Source: Macrostomum hystrix
Taxonomy: Eukaryota > Animalia > Platyhelminthes
Length of the DNA: 64,000 nt
NCBI GenBank assembly: GCA_950097015.1
Contig: CATNEN010000041.1
Coordinates: 186,001-250,000 of the forward strand
Direction: 5' to 3'
The notes beneath the pieces were generated by a model. The model was given only the letters and a program-made list of their open reading frames with translations. It did not search any database and had not been told where the DNA came from. The number at the start of each line of letters is the position of its first letter. Position 1 is the first letter of the stretch. Shown here piece by piece: positions 35,473-46,700 of this stretch. The position numbers and the translations under genes were made by a program.

Positions 35473-38400
35473 TCAAGGTTCGTAACGGACCGGCGCCGAC
35501 TTCACCCTATTAGACCGTCGTGGTTCGGCATCCCGCTCGACAGCTCGCTCCACCCCAGGAGGCTGCGGTTGCGTGTCTGGTGCCGGGCGGACGTCAGCTA
35601 CGTGACGGGGAAGGCCATCGACCTCCACCGTAGACCCTTGTCCCTGGCCCGTCACGCGTCCCCTAGGCCACTCGTCGGTGCATCTGACGGCCGGCGGTTT
35701 AACAAACACTTCTGTTCCCACTGGCAGGGTGGGCGTGGGGCGTGGGTTTGCCTCCAAGGTCTCCAAGGCAAGGCCTCAGGGAGAGACACAGTTGGCGGCT
35801 TCCAGTCATAGGTGCTGACCATTCTGCTGGGCACGCTGTCCTTGCGAGTGCCATCCTTTGGAGCCATGTTGTACCAGAACACCATTTCCAGTACGTCCTT
35901 TCCGGTTCTGGCTGCCATCCGCTTAATCGTCCGATGATTGCGCTCGACTATTCCGTTGCCTGACGGCCGGTGAGCGCAACGGAAGAGGAGCTGCACTCCC
36001 CAAGCCTCACAAAACGCACGGACCTCAGCGGAGCGGAAGGTCGGTGAATTGTCGAGAAGCAGCTGCCAGGGAGGGCCCCGCTCTCGGAACACCTGCACGA
36101 GTATCCCGGTAATTGACGCTGTCCGCTCGTCGGTGAGTTTTCGCCACAGCGAGAATCTGCTCGGCCCGCAGTCAACAATGGACAGATAGCGGTCGTCCTT
36201 AAAGTGGGTCACGTCGCAGGCCAAGCGCCACCAGTTTGCATCCACCTCGAGTCTGCCATGGTCCCAAACCATCGGCGCAGGGTCTACGGACTTGCATCGG
36301 ATGCAGTTTGCAACGATGCGCTCAACCTCTTCACGCAGTACCTCACGTTCAGGGAAGCACAGTTTGGCCAGGTAGAGCGTCCTGTCCACCCCGAAGTGGT
36401 GCTTCTCGTGGCACGCACGGAGATCCATGTCAACGGGGCGCAGCGCCACTGCACAGAAGGGCCGCTGGCGCAGCCACTGTTGCGGTACTCGCGTCAGTGC
36501 GTCTGCCTTGTTTGCTGAAGATGGCACCAGCGATGTCAGTAGCTCGAGCTCGCACTCCGACGCCGTGTCTCGGATTAATGATAGCCGTTTCCGAACCAGA
36601 GCTTCACCGAAACCTTTGACTCGCACGGGCTTATCGCCGACAATCAAAGACTGGAGCCAGCCGTGCACGGTTGCAGAATCAGTCAACACTTCAACTTTCC
36701 TCGTACCCCAAGCGAGGGCAAGGTTGATACCCTTGAGGACCGCCTCAAGTTCGGCAAGATTGATGTGCGCAGCGTCGTCTTGTTTTCGCAACCACGAGGC
36801 GTCCTCCACGATTACGCCACCAATTTCGATGACGGCTCCAATGGCGATGCTGCTGGCGTCGCACCAGACGCGACAGCGCGAAGTCTCGTCAACGGTCCAC
36901 ACCCCAGCGACAGGATCTCGTTCCTGGACCATTTCGCTGATTTCTTGGGCGATCCGCATGGCAGACTCGCTGACGATAGCGTCCCACGCGATTGTGCTGG
37001 TGACCCGCTTCAAGTAGCTGCATGCGACACGCAGCCATGCGGCGACGGGGAAATGGCCTACTAGCTGGCCGCACCAGGAGAATAGTTGCCGTCGTGTTGC
37101 TGGACCTTTCAACTGAGAGAGGACATTGTCTCGTTTCCAGCAAATGACCCCATCCTCTCGACGGTAGACGCGGAGGCCGAGCACGCGGCCCCCAATGAGG
37201 CTCTCAGGAGGCTTGGCTTCTAGCCCGAACCGGGCAAGCAACCCAGTTACGCGTTCATTCGGAATCTTGCTATTGTTCACAATAATGTCGTCAATGTAAG
37301 AGTCCGTGGCCTCACGCACGTCGTCTTCCATCGACAGGACTTTGTTCACAACCGCCGTCATAATTTTTGGCGCCACGTTGAGTCCGAATCCTAACCGGGT
37401 GAGACAGTAACGGCGGCCTTTGAACCTCACTACTTGGTAGCGCCAGAGACTGGGGTCCAATCGCAGTTGTAGGTAGGCCTTCCGCAGGTCGATGATACTC
37501 GCATTCTCACCGAGCCGCCGCCAGGCCCGGAGCTTGGCGCCGCACACGACGCTTTCGGCGGTGTGGCTTGACACGTACTGGTTCAACTCGCGATAGTCGA
37601 GTACAGGCCGCACCTTTGCTTTGTTGGTCTGCACCACTGCCATCAGAGGGATGACGCCGTCACTGTCACCTTCGAACGGTAGCAGCCAACCTCGCTGAAT
37701 CCAGTCTTTTATCTCTGACTCATACTCGCCTACCGCCTCTGGTGGGACTCGGTATTGAGCTATCGTATTTGACAGTAGTGGGGCCTCATCCAGCACTTCC
37801 ATGCCACTGTCCACTCTCCATCGATAAACTTAGCAGAGAAGTCTTTTTCCTCAAGCACCAGGCACGCCTCGGTTAAAGTATTTTTCGCAAGCCTCGCTCC
37901 TCTTGCCGGACAGCTCACAGGTGACTCGACCTCTCCTGCCGGACAGCTCACAGGTGACTCGACCTCTCCTGCCGGACAGCTCACAGGTGACTCGACCTCT
38001 CCTGTCGGACAGCTCACAGGTGACTCGACCTCTTCTGCCGGACAGCTCACAGGTGACTCGACCTCTCCTGCCGGACAGCTCACAGGTGACTCGACCTCTC
38101 CTGCCGGACAGCTCACAGGTGACTCGACCTCTCCTGCCGGACAGCTCACAGGTGACTCGACCTCTCCTGCCGGACAGCTCACAGGTGACTCGACCTCTCC
38201 TGCCGGACAGCTCACAGGTGACTCCGCCTTTGGTTTTGAGAAAGCCTTGGCTACCGCAGCAGTCTCCAGCGCTAATGACTGCTCTTCAATACCGAAGCGG
38301 ACACTGCGGCAATCTCGCTTCACAGAGACACCGCCCAATCGGCTGATAGCATCCATCCCAAGCAGCAAATCGAACCCAGGAAGGATGTCCATAACGATAC

Positions 38401-39377
38401 ATCGCAGCACTGGTAATTGGTGGCCTCGAACAGACAAAGCAACGTCAGCCTCCCATTCACATTCTGCTGAGTCACCATTCATCATCGTGACCCTCTCGTG
38501 AACGGGACGTTTTTTAACTCCAGTAACTCGTGAAGAAACGATGGACCGCGAACAACCAGTATCTACTAAAGCAGTAACGACCAAACTATTAACATGAACA
38601 CTTAACGATGGTAGGTGCGCCGGTGCACAAGGAAGCCCGTTGGCGCAAACATTCCGCGCTTCCATCACTCGTTTTTTTTGAAAATCGGCGCGCTGCGGGC
38701 ATCGAGCAGCCACATGTCCCGCTTTTCCACAAACAAAACAACCTTGATTCGCTCGGTTGCGTTCCATGCACTCTTTGCTCACATGGCCCTCCTTGCCGCA
38801 CGAGTAGCACGACATCACTTTGTTGCGTGGGGCGAAACTTTCCAGCGCTTCGCGCATTTCCTGCGCTCGAGACAACACAGCAGGACTCGCGACTGATCGT
38901 TAAGTTTCTAGCTTTCTCCGCTAGTTCATGGAGTTCGAGCTCTTTTAGAGAGCAGGAAGCGATCAGCTGCTGACTGACGGTTGCTGGAAGCCCGCGGACG
39001 AATGCGCATTTGATCCATTCTTCCCCGGGGATCTCGTCCACTAGGCGTGCAAGCCTCGTGAGATCCGCGAGAAAAACGTCCACGGACTCCCCGGGGCCGA
39101 GCCTGCGTGACACGAACTCGTCGTATGCTTTGTACTTGTTTGGGCAGAACGCTGAGGTAAGAGCCGCTTTCAGAGTTTTGTAGTCCGACTTGCTTTCCTC
39201 GTTTAGTGCCTGGTACACGGCGAACGCACCTCCCGATAGAAATAGTGGGATGAAAGCAGCCAGGTCATTCACTTTTTGGAGCTTGGCAACGAGTTCGAGC
39301 TTCTGTGCCCAGCGCGAAAAATCCTCTTCACCGTCGTACTGCTTGATTATGTCGCTGAATTTGACTGCGCTTGCCAT
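35473..39377 (-). pseudogene. gag-pol of LTR element 1, split by frameshifts at ~38812, ~37800 and ~35770
   Basis: ATG at 39377 (MASAVKFSD...); consecutive domains fall in three or four frames. Confidence 0.88.
37905..38225 (-). repeat. 33-bp in-frame repeat (ESPVSCPAGEV)n inside pol, between protease and RT
   Basis: About 9.5 copies of GTGACTCGACCTCTCCTGCCGGACAGCTCACAG. Confidence 0.95.
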
Positions 39378-39599
39378 CGTTGCGTATTGCCGCGATAGCT
39401 TGTGGTCTAATGTATTTGTGTAGATAGCAAAGCCCGGGGTTAGCACGAAAGCTAGAGCCGCAAACACTCTTAACGCGGTCCTCGCAAACAAACAGGTAGA
39501 ACGAATTGTCTATGGGATATTTAGCTGCAACGGTCAAATACTAGTTTCTATATAATGAAAGTACAACACATATAAAAGTACAACACAACTATCCTTGAT

Positions 39600-39965
39600 G
39601 TACAGTGCCTATCTTGAATGTACATAGCACAACCCGTCCTGTACATAGCACATCCCGACTGTACATAGCACATCCCGACTGTACATAGCACATGCCGAAT
39701 GTACATAGCACATGCCGAATGTACATAGCACATGCCGAATGTACATAGCACATGCCGAATGTACATAGCATATCCTGAATGTACATAGCATATCCTGAAT
39801 GTACATAGCATATCCTGAATGTATATAGTATGTCCTGAATGTACATAGCATATCCTGAATGTACATAGCATGTCCTGAATGTACATAGCATATCCTGAAT
39901 GTACATAGCATGTCCTGAATGTACATAGCATGTCCTGAATGTACATAGCATATCCTGAATGTATA
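39600..39965. repeat. 20-bp minisatellite (TGTACATAGCATATCCTGAA)
   Basis: About 18 copies; ends ~35 nt before the acceptor at 40000. Confidence 0.94.
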
Positions 39966-40000
39966 TAGTATATACGGAATGTAAACCATCAAACGCACAG

Positions 40001-40290
40001 AACAAGCCAGGCCAGCTGCACTTCAAAGTTCGTCGGCGCACTGAAAACGGTCAGTCTGTTTCGCAGCAGCAGCGGCAGCAGCAGTTCATTCGGGCTCCAT
40101 ATGAATACAATCCACACGACGACCCGCTGCACCCGTGCAAGATGGCCGGGCTGACTTTCCAACGCGGTGACATCATCGAGGTGCTGAGTGAAGACTCGGA
40201 CTGGTGGCAGGGCATCTTAGTGAATGGTGAATGCACAGATGTCGGTTTGTTTCCGTCGCCGGAGTTTCAAATCAAGAATTCGCCAAACTT
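40001..40290 (+). CDS. Second MAGUK exon 3, end of PDZ plus SH3
   Basis: IRAPYEYNPHDDPLHPCKMAGLTFQRGDIIEVLSEDSDWWQG...LFPSPEFQ; CAG acceptor phase 0 and GTGAGT donor phase 2. Confidence 0.88.
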
Positions 40291-40324
40291 GTGAGTTGCT
40301 GTTCTGCATCTTGAGGTGCGAGAA

Positions 40325-40735
40325 TACACTGAGCTGGGACACTACTGTGCTGCAAGCCCTGGGGAACTAGGACACTACTGTGCTGCAAGCCCTGGGGAAC
40401 TGGGACACTACTGTGCTGCAAGCCCTGGGGAACTAGGACACTACTGTGCTGCAAGCCCTGGGGAACTGGGACACTACTGTGCTGCAAGCCCTGGGGAACT
40501 GGGACAATACTGTGCTGCAAGCCCTGGGGAACTGGGACACTACTGTGCTGCAAGCCCTGGGGAACTGGGACACTACTGTGCTGCAAGCCCTGGGGAACTG
40601 GGACACTACTGTGCTGCAAGCCCTGGGGAACTGGGACACTACTGTGCTGCAAGCCCTTGGGAACTGGGACAATACTGTGCTGCAAGCCCTGGGGAACTAG
40701 GACACTACTGTGCTGCAAGCCCTTGGGAACTGGGA
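40325..40735. repeat. 33-bp minisatellite (GGGGAACTGGGACACTACTGTGCTGCAAGCCCT)
   Basis: About 12 copies. Confidence 0.95.
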
Positions 40736-42722
40736 CAATACTGAGCCTGGGGAACTGGGACAATACTGAGCCTGGAGAACTGGGACAATACTGAGCCTGG
40801 GGAACTGGAACAATACTGAGCATGGGGAGCTGGGACAATACTGAGCATGGAGAACTGGGACAATACTGAGCATGGAGAACTGGGACAATACTGAGCCTGG
40901 GGAACTGGGACAATACTGAGCCTGGAGAACTGGGACAATACTGAGCCTGGGGACCTGGAACAATACTGAGCCTGGAGAACTGGGACAATACTGAGCCTGG
41001 AGAACTGGGACAATACTGAGCCTGGAGAACTGGGACAATACTGAGCATGGGGAGCTGGGACAATACTGAGCATGGGGAGCTGGGACAATACTGAGCATGG
41101 GGAACTGGGACAATACTGAGCATGGGGAACTGGGACAATACTGAGCATGGAGAACTGGGACAATACTGAGCCTGGAGAACTGGGACAATACTGAGCCTGG
41201 GGAACTGGGACAATACTGAGCCTGGGGAACTGGGACAATACTGAGCCTGGAGAACTGGGACAATACTGAGCCTGGAGAACTGGGACAATACTGAGCCTGG
41301 AGAACTGGGACAATACTGAGCATGGGGAGCTGGGACAATACTGAGCATGGGGAGCTGGGACAATACTGAGCATGGGGAACTGGGACAATACTGAGCATGG
41401 GGAACTGGGACAATACTGAGCATGGAGAACTGGGACAATACTGAGCCTGGGGAGCTGGGACAATACTGAGCATGGAGAAACTGGGACAATACTGAGCCTG
41501 GGGAACTGGGACAATACTGAGCCTGGAGAACTGGGACAATACTGAGCCTGGAGAACTGGGACAATACTGAGTCTGGAGAACTGGGACAATACTGAGCATG
41601 GGGAGCTGGGACAATACTGAGCATGGGGAGCTGGGACAATACTGAGCATGGGGAACTGGGACAATACTGAGCATGGGGAACTGGGACAATACTGAGCATG
41701 GAGAACTGGGACAATACTGAGCCTGGGGAGCTGGGACAATACTGAGCCTGGAGAACTGGGACAATACTGAGCCTGGAGAACTGGGACAATACTGAGCCTG
41801 GAGAACTGGGACAATACTGAGCCTGGAGAACTGGGACAATACTGAGCATGGGGAGCTGGGACAATACTGAGCATGGGGAACTGGGACAATACTGAGCATG
41901 GGGAACTGGGACAATACTGAGCATGGAGAACTGGGACAATACTGAGCCTGGAGAACTGGGACAATACTGAGCCTGGGGAACTGGGACAATACTGAGCCTG
42001 GGGAACTGGGACAATACTGAGCCTGGAGAACTGGGACAATACTGAGCCTGGAGAACTGGGACAATACTGAGCCTGGAGAACTGGGACAATACTGAGCATG
42101 GGGAGCTGGGACAATACTGAGCATGGGGAGCTGGGACAATACTGAGCATGGGGAACTGGGACAATACTGAGCATGGGGAACTGGGACAATACTGAGCATG
42201 GAGAACTGGGACAATACTGAGCCTGGGGAGCTGGGACAATACTGAGCATGGAGAACTGGGACAATACTGAGCCTGGGGAGCTGGGACAATACTGAGCATG
42301 GAGAACTGGGACAATACTGAGCCTGGGGAACTGGGACAATACTGAGCCTGGAGAACTGGGACAATACTGAGCCTGGGGAACTGGGACAATACTGAGCCTG
42401 GGGAACTGGGACAATACTGAGCCTGGAGAACTGGGACAATACTGAGCCTGGAGAACTGGGACAATACTGAGTCTGGAGAACTGGGACAATACTGAGCATG
42501 GGGAGCTGGGACAATACTGAGCATGGGGAGCTGGGACAATACTGAGCATGGGGAACTGGGACAATACTGAGCATGGGGAACTGGGACAATACTGAGCATG
42601 GAGAACTGGGACAATACTGAGCCTGGGGAGCTGGGACAATACTGAGCCTGGAGAACTGGGACAATACTGAGCCTGGGGAGCTGGGACAATACTGAGCATG
42701 GAGAACTGGGACAATACTGAGG
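40736..42722. repeat. 25-bp minisatellite (GGAGAACTGGGACAATACTGAGCCT), a deletion derivative of the adjacent 33-mer
   Basis: About 79 copies; source of the 1009/742/669-aa spurious ORFs. Confidence 0.96.
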
Positions 42723-42748
42723 CTCTGTGGGCCCCGCTTGTCCTCCAG

Positions 42749-43250
42749 TTGCGCCAGAAATCCAGGCCGACTGGTTGACTTCGAGCGCCAGGGCGTGCTG
42801 CAGCCTCTGCCGGACAGGCCGCGCCCTCTGGTGCTGCTGGGCGCGCCAGGCGTGGTCAGGTACGAGCTGCTGCTCCGCCTCATCCAGCTCGCCCCAGAGC
42901 GCTTCGCTTCGCCCGTCGCCCACACAACCAGGCCACCGCGAGAGGGGGAGCTGGATGGCGTCCACTATTGGTTCTGCAGCAAGCACAAGTTCAAGCACAA
43001 GTCCAAGTTCCTGGAGACCTGGAAGTCCGGCGGCTACAGCTACGGATTTAAGATTAAAAGCGTGGAGAGCATTGTCGACAGTGGCAGGGTCTGTGTCCTG
43101 CCCCTGCAGCCCAGGGGTCTGGAGCTCCTGCGAGCCCACAAGTCTTTGCTCCGGCCCTTCTCCATATTCTTCCGGCCGCCTGCAGAAGATGCCTGGACAA
43201 GCCTCTGGCAGAACAGCGCCTTCTGCCAGAGAGACCAACCCCAGCTCTCC
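42749..43250 (+). CDS. Second MAGUK exon 4, guanylate kinase domain
   Basis: RPLVLLGAPGVVRYELL, PVAHTTRPPREGELDGVHYWF, YSYG..IKSVESIVDSGRVCVL, FSIFFRPP; acceptor phase 2 and GTAAGT donor at 43251. Confidence 0.88.
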
Positions 43251-43261
43251 GTAAGTCACAC

Positions 43262-43765
43262 CAGCCCGCCTCATCCCCACCTCAACCCCTGTCCGCCTCA
43301 CACCCTGCTCGCCTCACTCCCTGTCCGCCTCACACCCTGCTCGCCTCACACCTGTCCGCCTCACCCCCTGTCCGCCTCACACCCTGCTCGCCTCACTCCC
43401 TGTCCGCCTCACCCCCTGTCCGCCTCACACCCTGCTCGCCTCACTCCCTGTCCGCCTCACCCCCTGTCCGCCTCACACCCTGCTCGCCTCACCCCCTGTC
43501 CGCCTCACTCCCTGTCCGCCTCACCCCCTGTCCGCCTCACACCCTGCTCGCCTCACTCCCTGTCCGCCTCACCCCCTGTCCGCCTCACACCCTGCTCGCC
43601 TCACCCCCTGTCCGCCTCACTCCCTGTCCGCCTCACTCCCTGTCCGCCTCACCCCCTGTCCGCCTCACACCCTGCTCGCCTCACTCCCTGTCCGCCTCAC
43701 CCCCTGTCCGCCTCACCCCCTGTCCGCCTCACACCCTGCTCGCCTCACTCCCTGTCCGCCTCACA
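43262..43765. repeat. 16-bp minisatellite (CGCCTCACACCCTGCT / CGCCTCACYCCCTGTC), left part
   Basis: The same array resumes at 47870-48335 on the far side of the Gypsy element. Confidence 0.94.
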
Positions 43766-46700
43766 ATGGCGTCGCGGCTTGGCGACCTTTTTCTCGGCGA
43801 TGCTGACCGTGCACTGATGTGGCTCAAGGCCTTCAATGCTCTGGCCCGCGCCAAGAAGTGGACCGACTCGACCGAATCCCGACAAGTCGCAGACAATTTT
43901 TTGGCATCCTGCGGACTGCCTGCTTTGGAGAAGCTGACTCATCTCGTCGCTCCGAAGGAGATCGACAAGCTGACCTTCCAAGAGATCGAGACAGCCCTGG
44001 TGTCCTACTTACAACCTCAGAAGCGCCTCATTGTCGCCGAAAGAACCGACTTTTTCTCAATTCGTCAGAAAGCTGCTGAGCCGATAGCAGACTATTTAGC
44101 TCGCCTGAGGAAAGCAGCAACGCACTGCGCCTTTGACTCTCTGAAGGACTGCGCCAGTCCCGCAGAGGAGCTGGTGCGGCTTACTCTCATTTCTGGACTG
44201 TACAACCCTGAGCATCAACGGCGCATTCTCGGTGCAATGCAAACCAAGGATCAGACAATCTCGGAGATTGTTGACCTCATTCGAAGTTGTGAACAGATCA
44301 ACACGTTTGTTCAAACCTGTAACTCGGTGCCCCCGGTAGGCCCGGCTGGCCCATTGTCGCCGCCAGCCCAACATAATGCGGCCACTGACGAATCGGTGCA
44401 CTACTCCAAAGGTGGACGGCCAACTTCCAATGGTCAGCGCATCGAGGGCTGCAAGTACTGTGGCGGATCCCATCACGCAGGCAAGTGCCCGGCATATGGC
44501 AAGACCTGTTCCAAGTGCTCCAAGCGCAACCACTTTGCTGCCGTATGCCGCTCTGCTCTGACTAGCAAATCCGTACATCACGCGGATGTTCCATCCGATG
44601 CATCGATGACGCCCGAGCCCTCGAAGATCCTGCATCTTATGGACGTTGATCTGGTCAACGCAATCGAAGTTGCATCTGAGACACTTCTTGTAGACGGCGC
44701 CAAGGTACCAATGCAAGTGGATACCGGTGCATCCGTCTCCGTGCTTTCTAGCACAATCTGGGAGTCTCTGGGCAGGCCCCCACTGCAAAAGAGTCACCGA
44801 CGCCTCGAGGCCTACGACGGCCACACCCTAAAGACTCTCGGCAAGCTGTGCTCTACCGTCGAGATGCGGGGTAGGTTACACCCCGCCGAATTCGTCGTGG
44901 TTTCGTCTTTGAAGCCGTTCGGCCTCCTTGGCCGTGATCTTTTAGATTCCGACTCTCTCTTTCACACCAACTCTCAAGCTCCGAGCCCCACAGTTGCAGC
45001 TACAACGCTGCCCACCATCAAGGGCATCAAGGCACAGATGGAGCTGGTTGAAGGCGCTCGATCCCAGTTCTGCCGTGCTCGTCCGGTTCCAATCGCACTA
45101 GAGAAGCAAGTCAACGCAGAGTTGGACCGGCTGCAGCAGCTTGGCATCATCGAGCCTGTGGAGGGTCCTGTGAGCAACGCTTCTCCGGTCGTCTGGATCA
45201 AGAAGAAGGACGGGACGTTGCGCATGTGCGCCGATTACAAGGTCCATGTGAACGACAAAATAAAGCCAGAGTCATACCCTATTCCAAGCATCGAGCACCT
45301 CTTTGGCGAGTTAAAGAATGCCAAGAAGTTTGCCAAGATTGATCTGAGGTCGGCTTACTGGCAGATCGAGCTGGACGAATCCGCCCAAGGCATCTCTATC
45401 ATCAATACCTCGCGAGGCCTATACCGCGTCAAACGCCTTCAGATGGGCATGAAAAACGCTTCATTCATTTTTCAACGCACAATGGAGAGCATCCTCTCCG
45501 ACTTGAAGGGACTACTGATCTATCAAGACGACATCATGGTCTATGCTGAGAACGTTGAAGCACTCCAGAAGCGTCTGAAAGCAGTCAAAACGCGCCTGGC
45601 CGAAAAAAAGGTAACGGTCAATGAAGACAAATGTACAGGCATTTGCGATTCGATTTCATTCCTTGGATTCGAAATTTCTGCCGCTGGAATTCGGCCCGAT
45701 GATAAGCTCGTGGACAAAGTTCGCCACATCTCGACACCGAAGACCAAGAAGGAGATCGAGCAATTTCTCGGTCTGGTGAATTTCTTCGGCCGCTTGATTC
45801 CTGACTATTCCGCCAAGGTCGCCCCATTGAACGAACTGCGCAAGGCATCCACGCTGTTTGTCTGGTCTGAAGCATGTGCTCGCGCTTTCGAGAATCTCAA
45901 GAAGGAGATCTCATCACGACCAATAGTACAACCGTACAGCCTGGAGAAGGAGGTGACCCTCACAACAGATGCCTCTAAAGGAGCGTTGGCAGGCGTTGTT
46001 ACCCAGGAAGGACGCCCTGTAATCTTTATCTCTAGGACACTGTCCAAGGCCGAGACTAACTATTCCAACATTGAACGGGAAGCACTCGCCATCTTCTGGG
46101 CCGTCTGTCGCCTGAAACACTACCTCCAAGGCCGACGATTTACGGTACAGACGGATCATCAGCCTCTTCTACGGCTTTTCGGTGGCAGCATACCAATGAG
46201 TTCATCGGCAAGAATCAGTCGCTGGGCCCTTTACCTGATGCAATTTGACTTTAGCGTGGTCTACGTTCCCGGATCGCGCATTCCGCATGCCGATGCGCTT
46301 TCTCGTCTGCCGTTTGATAATGACAGTCAAGACCCGGCCGACGCATTCGAGGCAATCAACTCAGTTGCCTTTGAATCCCCTACTATCAATCCTCGACGGA
46401 TCGCTAGCGAACTTGATTCTGATCCACTGCTACAGCGCATCATACGTCGCGTACGCAATGGCGACTGGCATAACTGCACACAAGCAGAGGCCGCTTTCAA
46501 GAGAAACGCAGCAGCTCTAACAATCGAGAACGGCCTCCTCTACATGCACCGGCGCGCATTCATACCTCCGCGTCTCCGGAAAGAGGCCTTCGATGCGATT
46601 CACGACACTCATAGCGGTACTTCTGCCAGCTACCACCTCCTGGAGCTGTCCTGCTGGTGGCCCGGCATGCAGCGCGACGTGGAACGATTCGTGTGGCAGT

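Larger units (their letters stand above)
35259..39587 (-). mobile_element. Complete LTR retrotransposon (Gypsy-type domain order), 4329 bp, antisense in an intron
   Basis: LTRs at 35259-35443 and 39401-39587, identical except a 2-bp indel. TG...CA ends, 5-bp TSD ACTAT (35254-35258 / 39588-39592), PPT GGAGATCAGGGGGTGA. Encodes gag, 2x CCHC, protease (LVDTGC), RT (YIDD), RNase H and HHCC/DDE integrase. Confidence 0.97.

Noticed and set aside
40272-43301. 1009-, 742- and 669-aa minus-strand ORFs
   Set aside because: Products of the stop-free 25-bp array plus the antisense of the GuK exon
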